The position numbers and the translations under genes are program-made. DNA of 60,041 nucleotides. Source: Akkermansia muciniphila. Lineage in GTDB: Bacteria > Verrucomicrobiota > Verrucomicrobiia > Limisphaerales > UBA1100. The stretch is from NCBI GenBank assembly GCA_945903605.1, contig CAMDOH010000006.1:1-60041 (forward strand). The letters are read 5' to 3'. The notes below the pieces were generated by a model, which was not told where the DNA came from, ran no database searches, and was given only the letters and a program-made list of their open reading frames with translations. Below are positions 39,751 through 49,724 of the stretch, piece after piece (position 1 is the stretch's first letter; every line of letters begins with the position of its first letter).

Positions 39751-41091
39751 TCATATTAGCTCGCGCATTGGCGGGCAGTCGGCATCGACCAAATGCTGCG
39801 GGCGGCCGCTGAGGTCGTTGACATTGGTCTTGTGCACATCGATGCCAAGGCCGTGATAAAGCGTCGCGAATACTTCGCCGAATTTGACCGGACGATCCAC
39901 TGCCTCGCCGGCAATGCGGTCGGTCGAACCGATAACTTGTCCGTGCCTCAAGCCGCCGCCAGCAAGCAGCGCGAAGGAAACATTCGGCCAGTGATCGCGC
40001 CCTGCGCCGTTGTTGATCTTGGGCGTGCGACCAAACTCGCCCCAAACAACCACCGACACATCCTTGTCCAACCCACGCTGGTGAATGTCCGTAATCAGCG
40101 CGCTCAACCCTTGATCAAGCAACGGTAAATCCTGACGCAGCGCGCCGAAGTTGTCGCCGTGATGATCCCAGCGGCTGAAGGCGAGCGTCACGCAACGCGC
40201 ACCGGCTTCAACCAATCGCCGGGCAGCAAGAAATTGTTCCATCAATTTCGGCCCGCCATCATCACGATTCTTTGAGTCGCCCTTGCCGTAACTCGCGCGC
40301 ACCGTCGGATCTTCCTTCGAAACATCGAGCGCGTCCATCAGGCGACTGGAGGTCAGCACGCCCAATGCCTGTTCGTTGAAAACGTCCAGTCCTTCCATGA
40401 GCCGGCTTTGGTCGGCGTCTCGACGGAAACGGTCGAAGCTCGAGAGTAAAGATTTGCGGTCGGAGAGACGGTCGAGTGTGACGCCGTTGAGCACCATGTC
40501 TTCCATGCCGCCGCCTTTGTTGGGCTGGAATGGCGCGTGGGCAGGCCCGAGGAATCCGGACACGCCGTTGTCAGACCACGGCGCATGTCCCATTTTCGGC
40601 GCAAGCCCAATGAAGGGCACGATGTCGCGATTGGTGCCACCGCCAATTTTCGAGAGCACTGAGCCGATTGAAGGCCATCCGCCCGGCGGTTGATTTCTTT
40701 CTGTGCGGCCGGTGTTGCACTGAAAGGCGTAGTGACTGCCTGTCGCGCCCACCATGGAGCGGATGATCGAGCACTTGTCCATCAGCTTGGCCATCTTCGG
40801 CAGGTGCTCGCAAATCTGGATGCCATCGACATTGGTGTTGATGGGATTGAAAGCGCCGCGAAATTCACTCGGTGCGTCCGGCTTCAGATCGAACATGTCC
40901 TGATGCGAGGGGCCGCCCGGAAGAAAAATCATGATCACGGCTTTGTGGCCAAGTCGTGTGCCTGCTTTTGCCTCCGCACGGAGCAATTGCGGCAAGGCCA
41001 TTCCGCCGAGGCCGAGCGAGCCGATCCTCAAAAAATTGCGGCGCGTTACGCCGTCGCACAGTTTGTGGGCTGATCCAATGACTTTCAACAT
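39751..41091 (-). CDS. DUF1501 domain protein
   Basis: [17 protein letters not shown]; [26 protein letters not shown]. Confidence 0.93.
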   Translation of the reverse strand: MLKVIGSAHKLCDGVTRRNFLRIGSLGLGGMALPQLLRAEAKAGTRLGHKAVIMIFLPGGPSHQDMFDLKPDAPSEFRGAFNPINTNVDGIQICEHLPKMAKLMDKCSIIRSMVGATGSHYAFQCNTGRTERNQPPGGWPSIGSVLSKIGGGTNRDIVPFIGLAPKMGHAPWSDNGVSGFLGPAHAPFQPNKGGGMEDMVLNGVTLDRLSDRKSLLSSFDRFRRDADQSRLMEGLDVFNEQALGVLTSSRLMDALDVSKEDPTVRASYGKGDSKNRDDGGPKLMEQFLAARRLVEAGARCVTLAFSRWDHHGDNFGALRQDLPLLDQGLSALITDIHQRGLDKDVSVVVWGEFGRTPKINNGAGRDHWPNVSFALLAGGGLRHGQVIGSTDRIAGEAVDRPVKFGEVFATLYHGLGIDVHKTNVNDLSGRPQHLVDADCPPMRELI

Positions 41092-41151
41092 AGCCGCATT
41101 TGCCTTTCGGTCCGCTTGTTCGACGTTTGATGTTCTGGGATTAGTCACCGA

Positions 41152-41180
41152 AACTTAACAAAAAAATCGCTTGGCGGCAA
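41152..41180 (-). promoter_or_regulatory. Putative sigma70 promoter of the DUF1501 operon
   Basis: Minus strand TTGCCG-N17-TAAGTT with an extended TGn element. Confidence 0.5.
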
Positions 41181-41211
41181 TACCCGAATCCGAAGCGGCG
41201 CAGCTGAAGAA

Positions 41212-43332
41212 TTAAGCCTGTGACACGGCTTGCGATTGGATGAGGACGCGATACGCAGGCATCGACTCGGGAAATCCTTTGAGTTGAACCGGCGGCAATT
41301 CGCACAATGGAATTGGCGTGCCGATCCGTTCTTTGGTGGTTTGGTCGATGATCACTTCCATGCAGCCCGCTTGATCGCATAGCCGCGACGCCAGATTCAC
41401 GCGCTGACCGATGACGGTGTAACTCAACCGATCTTTCGACCCCATGCAGCCGACGAGCACTTCGCCCGTGGCAATGCCGACGCCGATTTTCACCGGGTCT
41501 TTGGCGCGCGCGTTCATGCGGTGCCGCTCAAGAACCATTTGCCGGGCGCAACGCACGGCGTTCTCGGCGTCGTTGCCTTTGCTGTGCGGCGTTCCGAAAA
41601 CAGCCATCAATAAATCGCCGACGAATTTATCGACCACGCCGTTGTGCTCATCCACCACACGCGTGAGTGCCGTCATGTGTTCATTGAGCAAGACGATGGT
41701 TTGTTCGGGCGTCATCGGCTCCGTGAGCGAGGTGAATTCACGAATGTCGCAAAACAGGATCGTGACCACCTTTGTCTCGCCGCCCAATCCCAATTCGCCC
41801 TTCATCATCTCCGCAGCCACATCGGGATCGACCACTTTGTTAAGCACGTCCTTGTACTTGTCTCGCATGGCCAGCCCTTCGGCCATGTCATTGAACGCCG
41901 CTGCCAATTGCCCCATCTCATCGCCCGACCGCTGCGGAAGGCGCACATCGTAATTCCCATTTTTGATCTGTCGTGCCGCGCCAGTCAGGCTCCTCAATGG
42001 CCGCGCCAAATTGATCGAGAGAGCCCAGCTCAGTGCGATGGAGATCAATGCCAGTACGCCAGCGATGAAAAATATCTGGCTGCGCAATTCTTGCATGCCC
42101 GTCAACGTGTCAGCCCAAGAATACAAGCCCACTTTGTAAGCCACCGGCAGTTTCGATCCCGCATTCATCGGCGCCACAAACACCCTGTGCGGCACTCCAT
42201 CCAATTGCACCAGCGGCAGCGAATGCGCGACTTTGTCCTCGCCAATATTCAGAGAGAGCATTGGGGATAATTGCCGCTGTGTGGCCGCTGGAATTGTCCA
42301 AGAATGCAGCCGTCCATCGCCCCAAATGCCGCTCTTCATTGCGCTGACTTCATTGATTCTCTCTTCGCCGCGTTCCTGAAACGGAAATCCCAGCACCAGC
42401 GTCCCCACTATCTTCGACCCGTCCTCGTCATGAACCGGGGTCGAGATTGTCTCCACCAAATGTCCCGCTCGCCCGATTTCCAGATGCACGTAGCCCACCT
42501 GTTGCGAGTCGGTTTGCGCCAATGATTGCGCCAGCTCGCCCATTCTCAACCGGAACGCCCGACGAAATGCGGTGTCAAAAAAACTCTCTGCCCGATGCGG
42601 TGCCGGCAACGCTTGGCCCTCTGCATCGATAAAAATCATGTACGATGCTGTCCGCGCGCCCGGCATTTTCGGCCTCGGCTCCGATTCCGCAGGAGTGTCG
42701 CCAAAGCGGATGGCCGCAGCGGCTGGCCTCGGCACGGCGGTTGTCTTTGCCATTCCGGTTCCTGAAGAATTGGTGGCGCCCGGCCTCTCGAATACTTTCG
42801 CCATTTTGTCGATCTCGCCAGCCAGCCTCACTTTGATCTCACGCTGTGCGGCGGTGGACATCCCTGCCATATCGCCCGTCAACAGCGACGCTCCAAATTT
42901 GGCGGCTGGCAATGGGCTGTCACCCGTGATGCGCGTCGCCCATTCCCTCAACGTGATCGACATTTGGGCGCGCGCCTCATCACGGATCTTGCGCGCATCA
43001 TCCTCTCCCAACTCCTCGTGCAGTCTTTGAAATTCCTCGGCCAGCACGCGCTGAAGTTGCAGATGCGCCAGTTGATAAAGTCGCCCCGAATTTCGCTGCG
43101 ACATCGCCAGCCGAACTGCGGATTGCGTGGTGAATTCGGCACTCTTTTGTCGCGCCACCCCCAACCGCGCTTCCTGTTCCTGCGGCAAATAAGCGATCTG
43201 CGCCGCCGCATGTTGCTGGAACAGCCGGTCGTAAGTCAGCACGACACGGCTTTGCGTGAGCCACAAAGTGACTCCCGAAACCGTGGCCACCGCCGCCAAA
43301 AAAGCCATCAATAATTTGACCCTGAAATTCAT
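41212..43332 (-). CDS. Membrane-anchored class III adenylate cyclase with HAMP domain
   Basis: Two TMs around a sensor domain; HAMP (PLRSL..DEMGQLAAAFNDM); LFCDIREFT, DKFVGD, SYTVIG, VNLASRL. Confidence 0.92.
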   Translation of the reverse strand: MNFRVKLLMAFLAAVATVSGVTLWLTQSRVVLTYDRLFQQHAAAQIAYLPQEQEARLGVARQKSAEFTTQSAVRLAMSQRNSGRLYQLAHLQLQRVLAEEFQRLHEELGEDDARKIRDEARAQMSITLREWATRITGDSPLPAAKFGASLLTGDMAGMSTAAQREIKVRLAGEIDKMAKVFERPGATNSSGTGMAKTTAVPRPAAAAIRFGDTPAESEPRPKMPGARTASYMIFIDAEGQALPAPHRAESFFDTAFRRAFRLRMGELAQSLAQTDSQQVGYVHLEIGRAGHLVETISTPVHDEDGSKIVGTLVLGFPFQERGEERINEVSAMKSGIWGDGRLHSWTIPAATQRQLSPMLSLNIGEDKVAHSLPLVQLDGVPHRVFVAPMNAGSKLPVAYKVGLYSWADTLTGMQELRSQIFFIAGVLALISIALSWALSINLARPLRSLTGAARQIKNGNYDVRLPQRSGDEMGQLAAAFNDMAEGLAMRDKYKDVLNKVVDPDVAAEMMKGELGLGGETKVVTILFCDIREFTSLTEPMTPEQTIVLLNEHMTALTRVVDEHNGVVDKFVGDLLMAVFGTPHSKGNDAENAVRCARQMVLERHRMNARAKDPVKIGVGIATGEVLVGCMGSKDRLSYTVIGQRVNLASRLCDQAGCMEVIIDQTTKERIGTPIPLCELPPVQLKGFPESMPAYRVLIQSQAVSQA

Positions 43333-43524
43333 TCCAACTCGAAGAACGCTTCCCGATGTAGTGCCCTTACATTGCCAGCGCACCGAACAAAGGGCAAGCT
43401 CAGCCATCCCGCTTCTCTGATGACGCCCGCGCCCGGCCACCGCCTTCAAAACTTCTCAGCCTGTCTCCAAATAAAATCATCGCTTGCTCTGTGGGCGCAT
43501 AATACGCACAGTCCCCGCTTTTGT

Positions 43525-45459
43525 ATGTTGACGCTTTCGGAACTCAGTAAAAGTTATGGTGGCCGTACGCTTTTTAGCGAGGTAACGCAGCAGATCAATC
43601 GCACAGATCGGCTCGGGCTTGTCGGTCCCAACGGCGCTGGCAAATCCACGCTCTTCAATCTCATCCTCGGAACGGAGTCGGCCGATGAGGGCGAAATTTC
43701 ATTTCAACGCGGCGTCACTCTCGGCTACCTGCCGCAGGAAAGCGCTCCCGCCGGTAACGAGACCGTTCTGGAATTGGCCGTCGGCATCACTCCGGAGATG
43801 GTCGAATTGCAACGGCGCATGAAAGCGTTCGATGCCGGCCACGACCACGAGTCCGATGATTATCACGAGGTGCTGCAGCGTTTCGTTGAGTTGGGCGGTT
43901 ATCAGCTCGAGCCCAAGGCCAAGCACATTCTGCACGGCCTGAGTTTTCGCGAGACGGATTTCGATCGCCCCGCCAAAGAGATGAGCGGCGGCTGGGTCAT
44001 GCGCGCTTATCTGGCGCGGCTGCTGGTGCAGGAACCGGATTTGCTGATGCTCGACGAACCGACAAACCATCTCGACCTCGATGCGTTGCTCTGGTTTCAG
44101 GATTATCTCGAACACTACCCCGGTGCGATTTTGATGATTTCGCACGATCGCGAGTTTCTCAATCACCTCGTCACCGGCATTGTCGAAATCCGGCGCAGCC
44201 GCGTCTATCGCTGGCAAGGCAACTACGACAATTACCTCATCCAGCGCGCCGCCCACGAACAGCAACAGCTCTCCGCGCACAAAAACGCCCAGAAAAAAAT
44301 CGACCAGCTCCAGGAATTTGCCGATCGCTTCGGCGCCAAAGCCAGCAAAGCCTCACAGGCCCAAAGCAAACGCAAACAGATCGAGCGCATCCGCGAAGAG
44401 ATGGCCGACGCTCCCGAAGGCGCGGAGAAAACCGTTCACTTCCGTTTCCCACAACCGCAGCGCAGCGGCCAGCGCGTCATCCGGCTCGAAGGCGTCCGCC
44501 AAGCCTACGGCACCAATGTCGTTTACGAGAATCTTGATTTCGAGGCGCAGCGCGGCGAGCGCACGGTGCTCGTCGGCCCGAACGGTGCGGGCAAATCCAC
44601 GCTGCTCAAAATTCTTGCCGGCGTTCTTGCGCCCCAAGCCGGCACCCTCGAATTGGGCCACAACGTGAAATCAGGTTACTTCTCGCAATATCGCACAGAA
44701 GTTTTGCAAGCGAGCCGCACGGTGTTTGAAGAGGCGCTCGATACGCCGCAGCGCGTCACCGAACAATCCGTCCGCAACGTCCTCGGTTCATTTCTTTTCC
44801 GTGGCGACGACGTTTACAAAAAAGTCTCCGTGCTCAGTGGTGGCGAAAAGAGCCGGCTGGCTCTTGTGAAGTTTTTGCTCGATCCGCCGAATCTGCTTTT
44901 GATGGACGAGCCGACCACGCATTTGGACATGCCGAGCATCGATGCCCTGCTCGGCGCATTGAAGCAGTTCGAAGGCACTCTCATTTTCATCAGCCACGAC
45001 GTTTATTTCATCCGTGAATTGGCCAATCACGTCACGCACGTCCGCGCGGGCGCACTGGTTCATTATCCCGGCGGCTACCAATACTACCTCGACAAAACCG
45101 CCGCCACCTCCGCACGTGCCGCGCTGACGGCGGGCGCCAATCCCACCCCCGCAAAACCTGCCAGCGAAAAGAAAGAGTCGAAACGCGACAAGCCCGCCCA
45201 CCGCCCATCGTCATCACGCGAACGCCAAGAGCAGCAACAGCGCGTCGCAAAATTTGAGAAGGACATCGCCACTTACGAAAATCAGATCGCCGATATTTCT
45301 GGCGAGTTGGAAAACCCGGAGACGTATCAGAAGGCTGGACGCGCGCAACATCTCAACCGCGAATTGTCCGCCGCTCAAGCTAGCCTCGAGCAAGTGACCG
45401 CTGAATGGGAAGCCGCCGCAAGCAAGCTGCAGACCTCGGGCGCCGCAGCGTCAACGTAG
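43525..45459 (+). CDS. ABC-F family ribosome-associated ATPase
   Basis: Two ATPase domains (GPNGAGKST x2, SGGW/SGGE, LDEPTNHLD/MDEPTTHLD), no TMs, C-terminal coiled coil. Confidence 0.93.
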   Translation: MLTLSELSKSYGGRTLFSEVTQQINRTDRLGLVGPNGAGKSTLFNLILGTESADEGEISFQRGVTLGYLPQESAPAGNETVLELAVGITPEMVELQRRMKAFDAGHDHESDDYHEVLQRFVELGGYQLEPKAKHILHGLSFRETDFDRPAKEMSGGWVMRAYLARLLVQEPDLLMLDEPTNHLDLDALLWFQDYLEHYPGAILMISHDREFLNHLVTGIVEIRRSRVYRWQGNYDNYLIQRAAHEQQQLSAHKNAQKKIDQLQEFADRFGAKASKASQAQSKRKQIERIREEMADAPEGAEKTVHFRFPQPQRSGQRVIRLEGVRQAYGTNVVYENLDFEAQRGERTVLVGPNGAGKSTLLKILAGVLAPQAGTLELGHNVKSGYFSQYRTEVLQASRTVFEEALDTPQRVTEQSVRNVLGSFLFRGDDVYKKVSVLSGGEKSRLALVKFLLDPPNLLLMDEPTTHLDMPSIDALLGALKQFEGTLIFISHDVYFIRELANHVTHVRAGALVHYPGGYQYYLDKTAATSARAALTAGANPTPAKPASEKKESKRDKPAHRPSSSRERQEQQQRVAKFEKDIATYENQIADISGELENPETYQKAGRAQHLNRELSAAQASLEQVTAEWEAAASKLQTSGAAAST

Positions 45460-46080
45460 TTCAGTGATCCGGATGTCCTTGTACGACGCTTCGCTTTTTC
45501 CGCCGCCGTGCACTTGCAGGCCGATAAGCCCGTGCTGCGGCAGTTTCTCGTCCGCCTCGGTGTAATCAATCATCTTCACGCCGTTGATCCACGTCTGAAT
45601 GCGCCGGCCTTCGCAGCGGATCTCGTACGTGTTCCACTCACCCTTCTTCACGGCCTTCGCCACGTCCGCCGCGTCGGGCTTGATGAGCACCTTGTTGCGG
45701 CGGGACTCATCGTAGAGAGCGCCCCACCAGCCCTCGCCGATGTCGCACTGATAGCCGACCATTTCGTTGGGCGGATTCTTCGCCGGTTCGCTGCGCACCT
45801 GCACGCCGCCATTCACGAAGCCTTCCGTGCCGATGAGCTTGAACTGAAGTCGAAGAACGAAGTTCGTGTACGGCCGCGTGGTGCGAAGGAATTCGTTGCG
45901 CGGAACTTTGTCCGTCAACGTACCGCCGACGAATGCGCCATCCACAATGCGCCACGTCTTCGCCGTATCACCGACCCAACCGGCGAAAGTCTTGCCGTCG
46001 GAAAGTGCCGTGGATTTTTCCGCCGCCTGTTCCGCTCCCGCCACGCCACTCAATAATAAAGCCAGCCAGAGAGATTTCAT
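45451..46080 (-). CDS. Secreted DUF1080 protein
   Basis: Signal peptide; DGKTFAGW, NGGVQVRS, GYQCD, WNTYEI, IGLQVH. Confidence 0.9.
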   Translation of the reverse strand: MKSLWLALLLSGVAGAEQAAEKSTALSDGKTFAGWVGDTAKTWRIVDGAFVGGTLTDKVPRNEFLRTTRPYTNFVLRLQFKLIGTEGFVNGGVQVRSEPAKNPPNEMVGYQCDIGEGWWGALYDESRRNKVLIKPDAADVAKAVKKGEWNTYEIRCEGRRIQTWINGVKMIDYTEADEKLPQHGLIGLQVHGGGKSEASYKDIRITELR

Positions 46081-46143
46081 GGGGTGTTTCTACCGTCGCG
46101 CGCGATTCATGCCAAGACCGGAAACTGGACTAGCTTCAATCGT

Positions 46144-48396
46144 TCACTCTTTCCAGTTTCGCAGGCGCAGCGCGTTGCCGATGACGACGAGGTCGGAGCA
46201 GGCCATCGTCGCCGCGCAGACGACTGGCGCGAGGAAACCGAGCGCGGCGAGCGGGATCGCCGCGGCGTTGTAAAAGAACGCCCAGAAAAGATTCTGTTTG
46301 ATGACGCGCAGCGTGGCTCGCGCCAGTCCGATGGCTTCGGGAATCGCCTGCACGTCGGAGGTGAGCAGGATGATGTCCGCCGCCTCGCGAGCCACGTCGC
46401 TTGCGCGACTCACGGCGATGCCGAGGTCGGCCTGTTCCAGCGCCGGCGCGTCGTTAATCCCGTCGCCGACGAAAGCCACGCGGTTGCCCCGCGCTTGCAG
46501 ACCGGCTACCAGTTCGGCTTTTCTTTCGGGCCGGATTTGCGCGTGCACATTCGCCTCGGGAATTCCCGCCTCGCGTGCGATGGCCGCTGCAGTCCGTGCG
46601 TTGTCGCCCGTCACCAGATGCACGGCCAGTCCCTGCCGCATCAGGCGCGACACGACTTCGCCTGCGCCTTCCTTCAGCCGGTCGCGCAGGGCGATCAAGC
46701 CCGCGAGTTGCGTTCCCTGCGAAATGCCCAGCAGCGTCGCGCCGCGCTCGCTGTGTTCGTCGATGAAGGCTCGGCCAGCGGCGAGATCCACTTTTGATTC
46801 GGCGAGCCACGCGATGGAACCCAGCCGCCAGATTTCGCCCTCGCAACTGGCCTGCACGCCCGCGCCGCGCCATTCGCGCCAGTCAGAAAATGTGAGCCTC
46901 GCTTCTGCCGCAACTTCGCCGTGGCGAACGAGCGCCTGACTGAGCGGATGCGCCGAAGGTTTTGCCAATTCGGCAGCGACGGATGCGATGGACTGCGCGC
47001 GCTGATTGGCCGGCCGCAATTCTTCGCTGGCTACCACCGTCGGATTGCCTTGGGTGAGTGTGCCCGTTTTGTCAAAAAGCACGGCGTTGATTTTTCCTGC
47101 CTTCTCAAGCGCCATCCCGTCACGGATCAAAATGCCGCGGCGCGCGGCAGCATTCGTGCCGGCCATGATCGCTGCGGGCGTCGCGAGGCCCATCGCGCAC
47201 GGGCAGGCCACGATGAGCACGGCGCACATGTGAACGATGGCAAGCGTGACCGCGCCGAGCGTTTCATCAATCGCTGCTGGCCAGAGAAATTTTGAGAGCG
47301 CGTTGTGCGAAGCGAGTGCTTTGTCGGGCTCCAGCCACCACAATAGTCCAGTGCCAATCGCCACTCCGACAACGATGGGCACAAAGATGTTGCTCACCCG
47401 GTCGCCGAGTCGCTGGATGTTCGCACGGCTCGATTGCGCGCGGCGGACGACGGCAATGATGTGTGCCAGCGCGGTGGCTTCGCCGGTGGCGGTGACGCGC
47501 GCCGTCAACCGGCCATTGGTGTTGGTGGTGCCGCCAAAAAGTTTTGCGCCCGTCGCTTTCTCCACCGGCAACGATTCACCCGTGAGCATCGATTCATCCA
47601 CGGCAGACGCGCCATCAACCACTTCGCAATCGGTCGGCACACGGTCGCCGGGGCGGAGCACGATGCCATCGCCCGCGCGCAGCTCGGCGATGGGCACAAC
47701 GGTTTCAACACCTCCGCCATCGATGCGGCAGGCTGTCTGCGGCGCCAGTTCCATCAGGCCGCGCAAGGCAGCCGTGGCCTTCTGCGAGATCCGCGCTTCA
47801 AGCCAGTGGCCGAGGCTGATGAGCGTGAGGGTCGCCGCGGCTTCCATGAAAAAAAGGTGGCCGCTCGCGCCGGTGAAAAGCTGCCAGACGCTGTAGCCGA
47901 ATGCGGTGGTGGTGCCGAGCGCGACGAGGGTGTCCATGTTCGACGCGCCGACTTTCGCCTGTTGCCACGCGCCGCGATAGAATCGCGCACCGCAAATGAT
48001 CTGCACGATGCCCGCCTGCACGAATGCCAGTTTGTGAAACCATGCCTCGTGACCAAAACCGAGCAGCCATTCGCCGAACATGAGCGGCAGCGTCAGTGCG
48101 CTGCCGAGAATGAGATTCTGTTTCCAGCCGTCGGCGTGGGAATGTTCGTGATTCGCAGCGGCGCGTTGCAATGCGGCTGTGTAACCGGCGCTCTGCACGG
48201 CGCGAATGAGCGCATCATTGTCCGGCGTGTTCCCCGCCGCCCACGTCACCACGGCGCGACCACTGGCGGCGTCCGCTTCCGCGCTGCTCACGCCCGGCAC
48301 CGTTTGCAGCGACTGGCTCACGCGCCGCGCACAATTTGCGCAGGTCATTCCGCTCACGGCGAGAGTCGTGGGAGAAGTTTGCTGCGGCTGGCTCAC
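46144..48396 (-). CDS. copA: P1B-type heavy-metal ATPase, Cu(I)-type
   Basis: GMTCANC, TGES, CPC, DKTGT, HP, GDGINDAP, FFYN, MACS. Confidence 0.93.
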   Translation of the reverse strand: MSQPQQTSPTTLAVSGMTCANCARRVSQSLQTVPGVSSAEADAASGRAVVTWAAGNTPDNDALIRAVQSAGYTAALQRAAANHEHSHADGWKQNLILGSALTLPLMFGEWLLGFGHEAWFHKLAFVQAGIVQIICGARFYRGAWQQAKVGASNMDTLVALGTTTAFGYSVWQLFTGASGHLFFMEAAATLTLISLGHWLEARISQKATAALRGLMELAPQTACRIDGGGVETVVPIAELRAGDGIVLRPGDRVPTDCEVVDGASAVDESMLTGESLPVEKATGAKLFGGTTNTNGRLTARVTATGEATALAHIIAVVRRAQSSRANIQRLGDRVSNIFVPIVVGVAIGTGLLWWLEPDKALASHNALSKFLWPAAIDETLGAVTLAIVHMCAVLIVACPCAMGLATPAAIMAGTNAAARRGILIRDGMALEKAGKINAVLFDKTGTLTQGNPTVVASEELRPANQRAQSIASVAAELAKPSAHPLSQALVRHGEVAAEARLTFSDWREWRGAGVQASCEGEIWRLGSIAWLAESKVDLAAGRAFIDEHSERGATLLGISQGTQLAGLIALRDRLKEGAGEVVSRLMRQGLAVHLVTGDNARTAAAIAREAGIPEANVHAQIRPERKAELVAGLQARGNRVAFVGDGINDAPALEQADLGIAVSRASDVAREAADIILLTSDVQAIPEAIGLARATLRVIKQNLFWAFFYNAAAIPLAALGFLAPVVCAATMACSDLVVIGNALRLRNWKE

Positions 48397-48503
48397 GGCG
48401 GAACGTTAATCGAAATCCACGCACCGAACCACCAAGAAACAGCCGCGCACTCTCTCTCGTCTCCGCAGTTGTGTTGCGTGCTCCCGTGATTATAGTGCGT
48501 TCC

Positions 48504-49712
48504 ATGTATCTGCGAATGGCCAAGCGGCTTCTTTTGGAAACGGACAAGCGACTGGTCGCCAAGGCCGCCATCAATCTGGGCTGGGGCGGCATGCGTTCGG
48601 TGATGCGTTTCAAGCGCGACCTCAAGCGCGGCGAATATTTCCCTCCGTTCCTCTACATCTCCGTGCTCAATAGTTGCAACCTGCGCTGTCAAGGTTGCTG
48701 GGTGGATGTCGCGGCGAAGTCTGAGAAAATCCCTGCGGAAGATTTGCACCGGCTCATCCGCGAAGCGCGCGAGGCGGGCAACACGTTCTTCGGCATCCTC
48801 GGCGGCGAGCCGTTCATGTACAAAGGACTGCTCGATATTCTCGAACAGCATCCCGATTGTTACTTCCAGATTTTCACCAACGGCCAGTTTATCACCGACG
48901 AACTCGCCGCGCAGATGCGGCGCATGGGAAACGTCACGCCGCTCGTTTCCATCGAAGGCACGGAGATCATCAGCGACCAGCGTCGCGGCAAATCCGATGT
49001 GCTCAGCAAATCCATGGCCGGGCTGCAACGCTGTCTCGACCACAAGCTGCTCACGGGCGTGGCGACGAGTCTTTGCCAGACGAATTTCGATGATCTGCTG
49101 CGCGAGGAATGGCTCGACCGGCTCATCGAGATGGGCGCGATGTACGCGTGGTATCACACCTACCGGCCCGTCGGTCCGCAGCCGAACGAGCAGCTTTGCC
49201 TCACGCCCGCGCAGCAACTCAAGACGCGCAAATTCGTCGTCGAGATGCGCGTCAAAAAACCGATCGTCCTCATCGATGCCTATTATCAGCACGATGGTCA
49301 GGCGCTCTGTCCGCTGGCCACCGGCATCAGCCATCACATCAGTCCGTGGGGCGACATCGAGCCGTGCCCGATCATCCAGTTCGCGAAGGAGAACATTCGC
49401 GACAAGCGCCACATCCGCGATGTGTTCACGCAGTCGGCGTACCTGAAAGATTTCCGCGAGACGATTTCCAGCACCACCCGCGGCTGCGTGATGCTCGAGA
49501 GGCCGGACTTGGTGAAGCAGATTGTGGAGCGTCACGGCGCCGTCGATGGCACCGCGCGCAAGACGGCGATGGTTGAGCTCGAAGCGATGCGCCCGCGCCC
49601 TTCGCAATGGAATCAGGTCGAAGAAGTCCCCGAGAAAAGCCTCGCCTATCGCCTCGCCAAGAAATGGTTCTTCCAGGATTTCGGCGCGTACTCGCCACTG
49701 AAGAAAGTTTGA
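48504..49712 (+). CDS. Radical SAM protein with C-terminal Cys (Twitch/SPASM-like) region
   Basis: CNLRCQGC, GGEP, FTNG; CPLA..GDIEPCP..GC. TATAGT box 7 nt upstream of ATG 48504. Confidence 0.9.
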   Translation: MYLRMAKRLLLETDKRLVAKAAINLGWGGMRSVMRFKRDLKRGEYFPPFLYISVLNSCNLRCQGCWVDVAAKSEKIPAEDLHRLIREAREAGNTFFGILGGEPFMYKGLLDILEQHPDCYFQIFTNGQFITDELAAQMRRMGNVTPLVSIEGTEIISDQRRGKSDVLSKSMAGLQRCLDHKLLTGVATSLCQTNFDDLLREEWLDRLIEMGAMYAWYHTYRPVGPQPNEQLCLTPAQQLKTRKFVVEMRVKKPIVLIDAYYQHDGQALCPLATGISHHISPWGDIEPCPIIQFAKENIRDKRHIRDVFTQSAYLKDFRETISSTTRGCVMLERPDLVKQIVERHGAVDGTARKTAMVELEAMRPRPSQWNQVEEVPEKSLAYRLAKKWFFQDFGAYSPLKKV

Positions 49713-49724
49713 ACGTTGCTGCGG

